Source: Perna viridis
Lineage: Eukaryota
Direction: 5' to 3'
Assembly: GCA_037379345.1 (NCBI GenBank)
Contig: CM074512.1
Span: forward strand, 32,798,001 to 32,862,000
DNA length: 64,000 bases
How positions within the stretch are numbered: the first letter of the stretch is position 1; each line of letters opens with the position of its first letter. A program made the position numbers and the translations under genes. This document shows, piece by piece, positions 13,501 through 26,216 of this stretch. Under the pieces are notes generated by a model. It did not search any database. It saw nothing but the letters and a program-made list of their open reading frames with translations, and was not told the DNA's origin.

Positions 13501-14542
13501 GAGAATTTGATCAATTCAAATTTGTTTTGTTAAAGAGAAAGTTTATTTTAGATGCCTCAATACTTCATAAGCTTCACATGAATACATTTCATTGCAGAGT
13601 CAAGATATTAAGGAATTCTCAATCTTAATATATAGAGATTAACTCCTTAGTGTACAGTGAAACCTGTCCAATCCTGATAACGTTGGACTGTTTGCTTGTT
13701 TGATAAAACAGGATGAAAGTTGTACGATAAAGTATCGGTTACATGTAAGAACATGAAAGTTCACAGATGACTGGTTCCATTGTTAAGTTCACAAATGATA
13801 GGTTCCATTGCTCGTCAGAGAACAGATTCAGTCCGTAAATATCGCAATTTAATCCTATTGTTTTATAGAAGCGACACTTTCTTACCATGAAATTTAGAAA
13901 TAAATAAAATATATGTTTCTTTAATATAATTCCTAATGAATATTTCTATACAAATAAGGAACCTTCGTAATATCCGACCTTATTGCACCAGGTATCAGAC
14001 CAAGATATATTGATTCGTATGTCTGTAGCTGCATTGGGTTAAAACATGCAATTATTAATTTTTAATCAATCTTGCATTAATTGTTCAATATATCAAGGGT
14101 ACTGTCAAGTGTGACAGCTGCAAATTCCTTGATACTTGTACTAAACAACGCCAATTGTAGACAGTCATGAATGTAAAAAATGAATACACGTAAATGTTTT
14201 GCAAAGTTTGTTGTGCGAAACAAATTAAGCTTCAGCGAAACTTAAGTTTAATACATGAATATCTTTGAACAATTATTGTATTTTTATTATAAACAAGAGC
14301 TTCTCTTTTATTTTTCCACAATGAATTACAGTGTTCTTTCATATTAGCTAACTCCATATTCAAGATGTAGATGAGAAAACAAACAAACGCGACGAAAACA
14401 AAAACAAAACGAAACGAAACACGCGAGCTGATCAATTTATGTTTTTGTATGTATGATTTTATTTCGAAATTAGTACCATTTCTTTCTAATCTGAATCTTC
14501 CTTGTGCCTCTTATCTTCATCATAATGTGTATTCATTTTCAG

Positions 14543-14919
14543 ATTATTGGTGCTTTTTACTCTCAACACGATTCTGAAATATGGTTACAATGCTCAAGAT
14601 GCGATCCAGAGTCACATTCCGTCATCCTTCCGTTAGATATATGGGACAGTTTTCCCTGCCCTCCAGAGAGCGAACCAGAGCTGTTGTTAGACCTCGATTG
14701 GACCGGTAGACTAGGTGTACAGGATGGGGAATCTGTACTTCAACGAGTGGCCAAAAGATGCAGTATAATATTGCCCTCGCCACTCGGCCCTCGGTCTGGA
14801 TTTACCGAGTCTACATTGTTCATTGCTAATTGTGATATTAACTGTATACTTGTGGTGCTAGCTGTTTTTGTTTGTTCTATTGTTCTACTTATTCCAGCTG
14901 TGCTTTGTTGTTTTAAAAG
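14543..14919 (+). CDS. Uncharacterised single-pass membrane protein, exon A (ectodomain and TM helix)
   Basis: Acceptor ttttcag|ATT, donor AAAAG|gtaagc (phase 2); encodes IIGAFYSQHDSEIWLQCSRC...NCDINC-ILVVLAVFVCSIVLLIPAVLCCF-KR. Confidence 0.85.
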
Positions 14920-15957
14920 GTAAGCATGGTTAATTGTCTAATCATAAACATGTATAACAGATTTGTCTAAGTGATAATATTTCGAAACATAACACACGTT
15001 TTGCCATATGGCAGTAAGTATAAACTTAAAAGAGTTGTAATGAGTATAAAATCTGCAAATGCACTTGGAAATATCGGTAAAAAGCTAGGAGGTAATTTGA
15101 TTAAACATTTATTTTTATAATCGATATATGGAAATCATTTAATAACATGTACTTGACATTAAGTGGACATATCTGTATATATGCAAAAAGTGCAACGTGC
15201 ATAGATTACCTATAAAAATCATGGTGCACTAGGTCTGGACCTTGTGCACCGAATAGAAATATAGGAAGATGCTTACACATGAATTTGTGTATAATGTGCC
15301 TTTCACTCTTTCCATCAAATGTGCACAGTTTTCTGATAGTTTAGTCTTGACCCTGCAAGTTAAAGTTTTAGGCATTAACCACAAAAATGCACTTGCACTT
15401 TCGGAGAAGGACAATTGGTTGTGATTTTTTAAGGTCACTAAGAGGAGCCATCTGACAGAACAGGAATCATTTACTTCCGATTTGCATCGACATTTCTCAA
15501 ACTGCAAAACGAAAGATTTTATGAATTGCACTAAAGTATGTGTTACATAGTCATTAAGAGAATATAAGAGCAAAATTTCCGTAGCAGTCAGACTGTTCTA
15601 AATGGTTGGATAATATTGCATTTCGGTCGCTTAGGATTTTCAAAATTTACGTGATCGCTTACATCATCGTGCAATTTACGACGATAATTTCGCAGTATTA
15701 CCTAATAATGGTTACTTTCGTCTGAAGCAAATGTGGTCTTTATAGTACCTTATTGTCTGTTAAATAATTTGTAATGGTACTATTTTCCCTACAAACGGAT
15801 GAGAGTAAGTCCTTAATGGCCAGTTCCAGTAAAATTGCGTGACGTTCTTGAATCTATCAAACTAATTTAGACGGACTTAATAATGTCTTCAAGTATATTC
15901 CGCAATTTTTTCTTCACATTTTTTTTTCGTAGCAATTACGGTATATCATATTATGTT

Positions 15958-16024
15958 TGTTTGTTTGTTTGTTTGTTGGGGTTTAACGTCCGAGCAGCAA
16001 TATTTCAGCTATATTCAGACGATT
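15958..16024 (-). mobile_element. Extremely 5'-truncated (~65 bp) SINE-like tail in an intron
   Basis: Matches the 3' end of the 38.3, 51.8 and 58.1 kb elements, with a (CAAA)n tail; flanked by the direct repeat ATATTATGTT (15948-15957 and 16025-16034). Confidence 0.8.
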
Positions 16025-16075
16025 ATATTATGTTAATTATATAATGTTAATTATTTGATTAATTAGTAAACTGTG

Positions 16076-16233
16076 CAGTGAAACCTGTCTAAACCGAACC
16101 GGAAATAAATCTACACCAGACACTTGTTTAATCCTCTCGAGTCAGTGTAAATGTATTTTTTAACATGAGTAAACCGATAACACGTCGCACGCATTCTACA
16201 GCACAAAAGGGATTCGGTTTAGACGGGTTTCTG
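16076..16233. mobile_element. Tc1/mariner-pogo-like MITE (CAGTGAAACCTGTC termini)
   Basis: CAGTGAAACCTGTCTAAACCGAA...TTCGGTTTAGACGGGTTTCTG inverted termini; related left ends at ~11848, ~13655 and ~35592. Confidence 0.65.
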
Positions 16234-16825
16234 TAGTAGGGGTGTTCTCAATATTATCATCTATCTTATCCGATGATAGACTAAAAAATAATTCTAAATT
16301 TATTTTTTTTCTCATACTTGAATACAACATCATTTAAATCATACACGTGCAGCACAGACCTGCTCGTTGCGTTGAGATTTAAGAGAAATGGTGTGGATGC
16401 GTGATTTTAGAACATCAAATCTGGATCATTTTTGTTAATAAAAATGTACATAAAATGAGTTTGTGCCGTTTTATCTTCATTGATTTGCACGCGTTAAAGT
16501 AATTTGATCGTTTCCATTTGGGTGAAATATTTATTTTGTGTCATACATTTACATTGTATTCATAATCAAATTTCAGATCTATATTTAGCTTGAATTTTGT
16601 GTTCATATTTGCCCCATCTATTCAGGGTTCGACCTCTGTGGGCTTATCTCTCTGCGCTGCGCTTCGCGAAGCATTTTATTATATATCGTACCACATATCA
16701 ACCACCTCAACCCATATAAACTCTCGAACAAGCTCTTGGGTTTAATATTAATGTTTTGGGATTGTAATTGCATATGATGTGGACATTTCTATATGATATT
16801 CTGTTCAAATCTGTTACTTTTGCAG

Positions 16826-16949
16826 GCAATATGTGTGTAGGTGGATTCGGAAAAAGACCGTTATTCGGAACTCCCTTGACGGGGAACCACCGATATATGG
16901 TGATAATTTATACCCACCTCTGTCAAGCTCAGTTACGAGGGACTCCGAG
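16826..16949 (+). CDS. Membrane protein, exon B (juxtamembrane cytoplasmic)
   Basis: Acceptor cttttgcag|G completes the AG|G Arg codon from exon A; RQYVCRWIRKKTVIRNSLDGEPPIYGDNLYPPLSSSVTRDSE; donor GAG|gtatta, phase 0. Confidence 0.8.
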
Positions 16950-17334
16950 GTATTATTTTTTAAGTTAGTTCTACTTAACGTACATGTACCAGAGAGATTC
17001 TCTTTGAAATTGTATATGGATATTCTTACCTTTGACCTTGACTTCAAATTAAAATTAAATTAATATATGGAAATCGTTTCAGTATTTACCAATTGTACAT
17101 TGTACATGTACATGTACATGAAGAACAAAATTGTAATATACATTGCACTTGACACACAGAAAAGCAATAGGATAAAAGTTAGTTAGATTTTTCCCATATT
17201 TACAAGTATTCTTTAGGTTTTTTGACAGATTTTGATTCTTTAAACAATTAATTAAATTCATATTTTTTATTCTTTTTAAAGCTTGAACGCATGATATACT
17301 GTTTATGTAATTAGATGCAATACATCCATTTTAG

Positions 17335-18504
17335 ATTATTTACAATTCTGATGGTGCTCAAACACGCCTTCTACAGCCAGAAATACAACAAAAAGTCTCG
17401 CCATATAGATACTATGAAAGAGTGTTTAGTGATAAAGATACCTTGACGACTGAGGTCGACCAAGATACAAATCCTCATTTACAGAAAAACTCGAGCGAGG
17501 AGACTTCGTTAACATACAGCGGTACCGATACAACCCATACGTATGAGTCATTGAAAGGTAGCCAGAGAAGTTCGTCATTCCGTCTTTCAAACATTTCCGG
17601 AACGTCTGCTCAGAACCAAGAAGACCAACAATATAATTCTAGTATAGCTTCGAGTGGCCGCGGACAGTATTCTTGTGCTTGTCCGCGATGTAGTCGCAAA
17701 AATCTATACCGACCGTACGAAAGTATAGACTATACTACAGCGTATAATGTGTATCCACAAAAATCATCGAACTCTTTCAATAGATACCAACAATATAGAA
17801 TTCCATCACCACCAGTCGGTGCTGTCAGCGATAATGAAATGGAGGCTTTACACCACCCAAAGCATGTGTTAACTAGTCCTTCTCCAGAAGCGTTGTATAT
17901 TGAGGAACCGGCTCCTCCTGAAAGAATAAAGCGGAATAATTCTTTTATGAGTAACAATACTGACGAGTTCTCATCGAACAATGTTATTCAATATCCTAGA
18001 CAAAAATGCAACTGCAGAAATTGTTTGCAGGTCAATTTGCATTCCAATATGACTTCACCAACAAATTTATCTGATAGTGAATTTTACGGTGTTCCATATC
18101 AAATGCCCATTAACATGGTGTCTTTACAGCCATGTAATTGTAGAAATTGCTCACAAAATGACTTAAATAGGGTTAATATGTACAATGGGTATCACAAAAA
18201 TTACAGACCTCAAAACCCGTGTAACTGCAGGAGATGCTTGCAAGATCTTCAACTTCAGAAAATAAGTCAAAACAAGGAAGCATATACTTATGATCCAAAT
18301 GAAATTATAAAAAATCAACGAAAACGTGATAAATCTAGTTCTAAAAGTGATAATAAGAAAAAGGAAGCAAAGAGCAAATCAGACAGACCAATATCGACGC
18401 ATGCGTCGTCAAGTGACAATTACACCGGAAGCGAAAAATCTTACCGTTCACGAATTCCTAAAACAAATGGTTCCTTGTACAGATCTAAGATTACTCAGTC
18501 GTAA
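17335..18504 (+). CDS. Membrane protein, terminal exon C (S/N/Y-rich tail with four CxCxxC motifs)
   Basis: Acceptor ccattttag|ATT, phase 0, in frame with the 360-aa ORF 17422-18504; exons A+B+C total 1671 nt in one open frame. Confidence 0.88.
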   Translation: MIYNSDGAQTRLLQPEIQQKVSPYRYYERVFSDKDTLTTEVDQDTNPHLQKNSSEETSLTYSGTDTTHTYESLKGSQRSSSFRLSNISGTSAQNQEDQQYNSSIASSGRGQYSCACPRCSRKNLYRPYESIDYTTAYNVYPQKSSNSFNRYQQYRIPSPPVGAVSDNEMEALHHPKHVLTSPSPEALYIEEPAPPERIKRNNSFMSNNTDEFSSNNVIQYPRQKCNCRNCLQVNLHSNMTSPTNLSDSEFYGVPYQMPINMVSLQPCNCRNCSQNDLNRVNMYNGYHKNYRPQNPCNCRRCLQDLQLQKISQNKEAYTYDPNEIIKNQRKRDKSSSKSDNKKKEAKSKSDRPISTHASSSDNYTGSEKSYRSRIPKTNGSLYRSKITQS

Positions 18505-18744
18505 TTCATTGATTGTTTTATCTAAGTAATACTTAGTTTAAAGAATTTTGATGTTTTCCTTTTATTTATAAAAGGGCTATTCATGAACATGTGTTTGTTT
18601 TGTTATGTGTCGTTTGGAAAAGTATTTGTATTATTATTAGTGGTTTAACTGTGTATTAACAACATGTAAGTGATGATGCTATGACCAGATAAGGTATTGC
18701 ACGGAATAATTGAGAGTTACCAGTATATGTTTACAACTAACGAA

Positions 18745-18750
18745 AATAAA
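18745..18750 (+). promoter_or_regulatory. Candidate polyadenylation signal
   Basis: AATAAA ~240 nt after the stop codon of exon C. Confidence 0.45.
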
Positions 18751-19154
18751 GTATTTCACACTAGCATAACATTGTTAGCTGGATCAGATGATTACAATCA
18801 GACGCGTGTTTACTAAAAGGAAGTCAAAGAGTTAATTTACACCAACATCATGTCACTAAGGATTGCCTAAACCTATAAATATAAAAAATCTACAACAGAA
18901 TCTGATTAATCATTTTTTTTTGTATTATTGTTTTAAATACTAAATGTACTTTCTGAAGAATGAACTGTGATATTTCATAGCGTTATGAACCTTAATATGA
19001 TGGAGGTGTAACATTTAAGAAGACGAAGTTTTTTAATAATAATCATGCCTTCTACAGTTAAACATTAACCAGAAGTAGGATTTAATATGTCTTCATAATT
19101 TTATAAAACTTTGAAGTGCGAGCTACAAACATTTTGTTTTTGTTAAAGTATAGT

Positions 19155-19616
19155 TTACAGACCACCAATTCAACCAATGCGCATTTGGAACGTACTCAAA
19201 AATAGTCCTACGCAGAAATTACTCCCTGTTCCTCATAGCGCTATAAAAAAAACTCATTTTATTTTAAAAATTTAAACAGTTTTTGAAAGGAAAAACATTT
19301 CTGTACATTTTATAGTTGCATTTTGCTTGTGATTTGAAGGCTTATCTCCATAATGATTTCTAAATATAACCCTATCTTGTGAAAACACTGGGATTTCCCA
19401 TTTATAGACCCTTCACTTTCGGTGATTAGTACTGCACTGCAAGTCTGCTAATCCCACATGCCATTCTGAGGATTGTGAGCTGACATATGTAGAATCATGC
19501 TGATATATAGTCCTCTGCAGGTTAAAGTTAAGGTAAAGTCCAGAGAAGCCATTGAACATTGTGAAATTAGCATAGAAGCCTATGGGAAGTGGAATTAATG
19601 GTTGTTAACCGGAATT
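19155..19616 (+). mobile_element. ~470-bp non-autonomous element (family X), free-standing copy
   Basis: Closely similar to 42206-42680 and 31600-31881; imperfect terminal inverted repeats. Confidence 0.85.
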
Positions 19617-20740
19617 AAGACTAAACGTCCTAATACTATTCATTTAGCTTACCAGATGACCTTTTAATACTTGTAAGGTCAAATATTAAATTCGCATTGA
19701 TTACCAGTATGAGGACGTGCGTCAGTTTAAAAGATTAACTTGATTTTTGCGTCGATTGATTCATATTTATATAGTTAAAACACATTGATAAAACATCATT
19801 CTGAGATCTGTGAGTTCTCTTCATTGCCGGATTACGAAAAATAAAATACCAGAAAATATCGTTTACACTTTTTTCCTTCATTTGGTTCAGGTTTTTATAC
19901 GCACGATTCTTCATACTTGTTTTAATCCACCATAAAGTTCAAGCTTGCACTGAAACTTGAATGTAATGATACACTCAGATTTTTCATGTCTAGGTTTAGA
20001 TCCACCGAGTTTATTGATGTCGTATAATTAGGAATGGCAGATGGTTTCTTTGTAAAATTATAAGGTGTGTGAATGTTAAAGCCTAATGAAAATGACAATC
20101 TTTCTGATTAGAGACATTTTCATCTCTTAACCTGGATAAAGGATGTTATTTCAAGATAATTACTATCTCGACCAAGACGGAAAAAGAAGCACTCACATGT
20201 ATAAAGTCATTAGTTTTATAACGGGTCTCATACTTACAAAAAACATCTTTGATTTGTTTTGTCGTTTTTACCAGCATTCAGGGAGTTTTCAAACGTTTTC
20301 ATTTAAATAAAGCAAATTTGTCGGTCGCTCCCTTCTTCACTTAATGTTATACGTTGCGCAAACCACACCTTTGAGACTAACTTCTTTTTCTTTTTACTTT
20401 ATTTGGAATCTATTTATTTAAATGCACTGTGTCTTCACAAGTTTCTAATTTCATTCTTGAATTTTAAGCATCGTATTCTAGGAAAGTGCGTGAATGTGTG
20501 CCTTTATGTCTGCACTGAGGGTTTACAGGCAATATATGAGCCAAACATAATAGATATAGTGGACAGTGTGCAATGCAACCTATCACGGCATTGTGAATCT
20601 TATAGTACATACAGTAAGTGTGTCAGAGCTGCAGTAGTTAGCATTACACTCAGTAAAATGTATATCCACAATTACGGTGCTTACGTACAGTATATAACGT
20701 TCTAAAACACTCAGCAGTGTCATTCCTAAATGAAGAATTC

Positions 20741-20860
20741 TGCAAGAGTTTCTAGAAAAAGCAGAGTATCCTACCTTACCGATGCACCTGATCCTAGTAT
20801 TCGCTTTAATGGAGTCCATGTGGCTGGTATTATTTTAGTTTTCTGTGTGTTGGTCATTTT
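20741..20860 (+). mobile_element. Diverged Penelope-like 3' end motif
   Basis: TTTCTAGAAAAAGCAGAGTATCCTACCTTACCGATGCACCTGATCC resembles the conserved motif of the other copies. Confidence 0.5.
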
Positions 20861-23800
20861 TTAAAATCTCCGTTGTCTTCTTTTTAATCTTTGAACCTTA
20901 GATTGCGAGTGTTTTTGGATTTGGGTGATATGAAGTTATGAATAACAAAAATATGAGTTTCGTCCTGAGAAATAGATTCCACTGTAAAATTTTATGTATC
21001 ACTGGTCACATTTACCCAGTGCACTTCTAAACTTTGCTTGCCATTACACCAAGTTGAGCAAATTATTTCATAATAGAAGTTACTGAGCAACTCATAAATA
21101 ATAAATGTCTGAAAATTGCAGCTGAAGGAATAAAACATTTTCAATCAAAATAGCTTTCTAGAGACTCTTATCAAACAAAAAAATCTTTTAGACCAATGAT
21201 GTGTTCTCTCTCAACAGAATATTATATCATCAAATATAAATAGGTTGCTGTCGTGAAGGTTAAAAATCTCATTAACAATTACTTTGCCTTAAAGTACAAT
21301 ACAAGATAAAACGTGAACGATATTTTACCGAACCAGTATTAGTTTTTTGGAATTTGGAATATTATAAAACTTTTTTTCGGAAGAGTATTGCGTTTGGTTC
21401 TTGGATGTGCGCTTTTAGTTCACAGTTAGCGCAATGCTTTTTTTCGTAATGCATGTACACGTATATGTTATATGAAGGAAATCGCTACTAATTGATATCT
21501 TTATTCCATGTTTACCTTAATCTCTTCCACAACCTTATACCTGGTTCCAGGTTCACTACGTATCACTCTATTAGTTTATAAGCTCTGCTATATAGGATGT
21601 AGACAAATCACGGGGAATGATCACTACTTATTACAAATTCGGCTGTACTGTACTAATTTTCACAAAGGGGTGAAGTTTAGCACTGAGTGTGGCAGAGCTG
21701 TAAAATTGGGTTTATCTGACCTGGATTTTTTTGTAAATTGTGTCACTCCCGATCTATGCTGTGGTATCTCTCAAAAGTGAATCTTAAGCAGAGAAACTGC
21801 TATAATAATTGCATATCTCTTTCCAAATTTTCTTTTACTAAAATACATTTAGTAGGCTACACACATTTAGATATTTTATCCATAAAAGTTTATGGACCGT
21901 GAAGATCGTGTTGTTTTTTCACTTAACATTTAGTTTCATTTCATCAGTCAAAAACAGTTATCTTGTAAAATGCATTCTAAAAAGGAATGAAGACTGGAAA
22001 GTCTATTTTAAAAGTCGTTAGATACATTTTAGTAGCATGTAAAATTATTTAGAATGATAAGTAATGATTGATCTTTAAACAACATGGAACTGGGATCATA
22101 GAATACAAATTATTAGAAGGCTTTTTTTTTCAAATGGAGAGTCAGAGTTAAACATACAAAGTATGTACAGTTAATTGCTATTTGCTACATAATTTATGTA
22201 CCAAATATCCACAAGCTCGTGGCATACATAGATTTATCACTTGCAATATAACACATATGAACACATTCATTGATATATCTCGGGAGATGCATGTTCTTTG
22301 CTCTCATTTTAAATATTTTTTTTTTTAGCTCTTTCACAATAACCTATGGAATTTGCTATCTTTATCCATATCATTCAACAGTAAGGACAAGTAATGCAGA
22401 AAGATGCATCTCAAAATGACTCGAAGCGATCTATTGCTTGATGAATACCATGAAGAGAGATAGAGCGATTGTAATACATTGTTTCACCATTAAATTCCAG
22501 TAATTAAACAGTGAAATTATTGATCAGGCTTAGTTGCTCTGCATAATAGAAAGATAGAAACTTGATGTACGAACAATTAATTCACATTAAGTGCCATTAA
22601 AACGAGCATTAAGTGCAATTTATCGAATTAGTGCGGTCACATTTTAAGTGAGATATTTTTTTCTTCGTGAATACATTATTAAAATCAATGTAGAAATACC
22701 TGTATATATCCCATTACTTGCGAGATTCCTGAGTACAAACAAACACTTGAAGGACACACACATGTATTATTACCCCGCCTCCCATTTTGCATTTTGCAAT
22801 TGAATACTAATAATTCAGGGGGTGCATAATGGCCCCGTGTGATCAAGAATGTGGGAAAGTTTCATTAAAAACGATTTATGCAGCAGTTTCAGAATGAACC
22901 AACAGACGAACGGACAGTATAACCACTCTTTACCTCTCCCCTTTTAAACGTTAATGAATGATGGGTTTTGACTAAAACACACATAAAAAAAAAAAAAATA
23001 CAATGTCATTTCTTGGCTTCCTCACGAATCACATACAATTATGACGTACATACAGTAACTATGCATTTGAATAAAATAGGAACTCAATCTTTAAGACAGA
23101 CTGACATCATTATGTAACTGTTAAAAAAAATGTAGACAGACGGATAAAACGAGTATGTCCTAAAGAGACTAAGTGCTTGTAAGGTTTACTTTGCTTTTTT
23201 CTATAAATATGATCTATTGCAATATGGAAATATACAGTATCAATATTATAGTTTTGTCTCCTTTTAAATGATAATATACACAAAACCTGTACATGTATAT
23301 TTAGGCAAATTGCCCCATAAAGACAAAATTAGCAACATTTTGTCTAAAGTCGTGAAGCTTGAATAATTAATATTAAAACATTCTTTCATAACTGGCTTTA
23401 TACTGACTCTTAATGATCGTAAAATGGCACTAAAGTCAAATTTAGTTCGATATTTTGCGCAGTATCTAACGCGGAAGTTACTGATTTAGTATGCTTTAAA
23501 TTTGTTAACCTTATAACCCGTTGTAAAAGTCATAAGTCATTACACTATCAACCTAGCTTTATTATAAATGGGCTAAAAATCGTTTTGTAAGTGAGTTGAG
23601 CTTGTGATCCGTGTTTGGTATTGTTTTTATTTTCTTTACAGCCCGTAATGAATTTTGTTTCTAAAGTCAACACAACATTGTAACGTACATGTACATGTAC
23701 GACAAATAAACAAACAAAATCAGCTAAATCAGTGCATTTTATGTGCATTATGTACATAACTTTATACATATTTGCATAAACATTCACATGAAATTCGAGA

Positions 23801-23929
23801 AAATATACTTTGTGGTCGTTGACTTCATTACCAAGTGATAACTGCCACACATGCCAGTGTCAAACAAAATGTACATGTATGAAAAAGTAAATATAAAAAG
23901 TAACAAGAGACACCCCGCACTTACTATGT

Positions 23930-24167
23930 AAAGTCAGCTATTTTATGGCGATCTAATGTCAGCTGCACTATTGCGATATAATGCCAGCTGTGCTATGGCG
24001 ATCTAATTCCAACTATACTATGGCGATATAATGCCAGCTGTGCTTTGGTGATCTAAAGTAAGCTGTACTTTGGCGATCTTATACCAGCTATACTAAGGAG
24101 ATCTAATGCAAACTGTGTTATGGCGTTCTAAAGTCAGCTGTAATTTGGCGGTCTAATTCCAGCTGTT
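23930..24167. repeat. 25-bp minisatellite, about 9 diverged units
   Basis: Consensus close to TATGGCGATCTAATGCCAGCTGTAC. Confidence 0.85.
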
Positions 24168-24728
24168 ATGTGGTCAACTGCAATTAAAACATGAAGTTTC
24201 TACTCTTAGAAATATACAGCAATCATTGAACGACCATGTCAGGTTTAATGAATACCCTGTCTTTCATGGAAGGAACTATCTGTTCGCTTAATGGATATAA
24301 AATTATACCAATTTCAAATTTCTTTTCAACCTTTCCCGGAAACATCTGACAGCTTTCGGGATTTTGAGATTTCATTATGCTTTTCTATGGGTTGACCATA
24401 TAATCTGTAATAAATGTCAAACATGATTTCAGTTGGTATAAAACATGCAGCCCCGATGCCTAAATTAATTAAGATGAAGGAGAATTTCCTCTGAGGGACA
24501 ATGCTAGTTATTAAATTTTACGAAATATCTTTTAGACGGAGTCTTTTGCGACAAACTGCACAAAAAAGCTATGAACAAACTACTAATGATGCATTCTTTA
24601 AAATAAATGCTCAAGTACATGGCATGTACACTTGTGTAAGTCATGTCTGTTGACTTGTCATATAAAATTTAAAAAAAAAGATCGGATATAGTGAAATACA
24701 ACACAGGCACCAGCGTAAAACTTATATT

Positions 24729-24900
24729 CAAAACAATGAGTACCCTCAGGAGTCACCACAGGGTCTACAACAAAACAATGAGTACCCTCAGGGGTCACCA
24801 CAAGGTCTACAACAAAACAATGAGTACCCTCAGGGGTCACTACAAGGTCTACAACAAAACAATGAGTACCCTCAGGGATCACCACAAGGTCTACAACAAA
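24729..24900. repeat. 42-bp tandem repeat, 4 near-identical units
   Basis: CAAAACAATGAGTACCCTCAGGGGTCACCACAAGGTCTACAA x4. Confidence 0.95.
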
Positions 24901-26216
24901 TATTACACACATTCAACATTTATGTAAGCTTTGATATGGATGAAAACAAAAGTAGTTATAAATACACGGTAACAGAACTATGAAAATTGCTTATAGTCAA
25001 ATTTAAGAGTAATTAATATATATAACGATACACAGACCCATTAATAACCAACATCTCCTGACTGTTGACAGGCACATGAAACTTGCGAAGAGTACTAACT
25101 CAATAAGTCTTACTTCAAAAAGAACAAAAGAAACAGGAGTTAACATATTTAAGGTCACTCAGCTGTATAGATGATATTTTATCACTACATGTACGTTCAG
25201 TAGTCCCAAATTTAGGGTCTATCTTACTAGGTCGTCACCATATGATTGACCCATATGGACTTTCCATATCTTTTTCTTTCATTGACCATCGCACGCGAAG
25301 CACTGTGTTGTCTCGCAAGGGACGGGAACTACTCACACTTCGGATGCATTATTATTCAACCCGGTCTTAGGAATTTCTGTTCATGTTTTCTGTTTTCTCA
25401 TATAGTTCATTTATTTTTGTGCTGTGCGACATGTTTACTGAATGTTGTGCTACGTGTGTACTAAGCATTGTTTTGACAACGGATTTCCCCTCGTTTGCAT
25501 TAATCGTTTGTTTTTGTTGTATGTTTGTATTCAGTTGCTATATACATGAATGTTGACATGTAATTTTATGAACACGATTGTTGTTTCTGTGTTTTTTAAA
25601 GGCTTTTTCTATCTCGGCTGATTTTCCTGTCTCTGTCGTAGTTCATTACCATGCACATACAAAGACTGTTCCTTAAAAAATCTTATGTATCAATACACAA
25701 AACTATGTCTTCAGCAGTCCTCTGATTTATGGGTTTGACGCATACAATTCTGTCACAAAGCTTCAAAAAGCAAAATGTTAATCTGCCCTACATCACAGTG
25801 TCTATAAAACTCAAATCATCAGACAAAACAATTCCTACCTTTCTTTGGCACTTCAGGAATACATTTTCTTCCCTACTAAAATATTTCCTCTGTCGCTTAA
25901 TTGATAATCTCTATGAATCTATTTTAGATCTTAGCGAATTATATCAATACGAAATGATTAAGCTCCAAAGAAATATTTTCAGTGCGATACAGGGTAAGTT
26001 GAGTGCGTCTTTTGTTTTTGGTTCTAGATATATCGTTTTATAGTAGGATTTGATCTAATTAAAAGAACTTAAGAATCCTTCTTTCACACTAAGTGTTGTG
26101 TTTCGTTGTGAGGTCTGAAAGAAAACATGGTGATCGTGACCTTATCTTTGATACAGCACATCTAGTCTTTTTAATGCATGTACATGTTACGTCAACAATA
26201 TTTTAAAAATGAATTA

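Noticed and set aside
16611-16675. GGTTCGA T-loop-like motif and GCTTCGCGAAGC palindrome
   Set aside because: No cloverleaf or A-box; more likely part of an intronic repeat
24729-24900. CRISPR-like periodicity (also 23930-24167, 35123-35476 and 37656-38257)
   Set aside because: Head-to-tail units with no unique spacers, no cas genes, eukaryotic context
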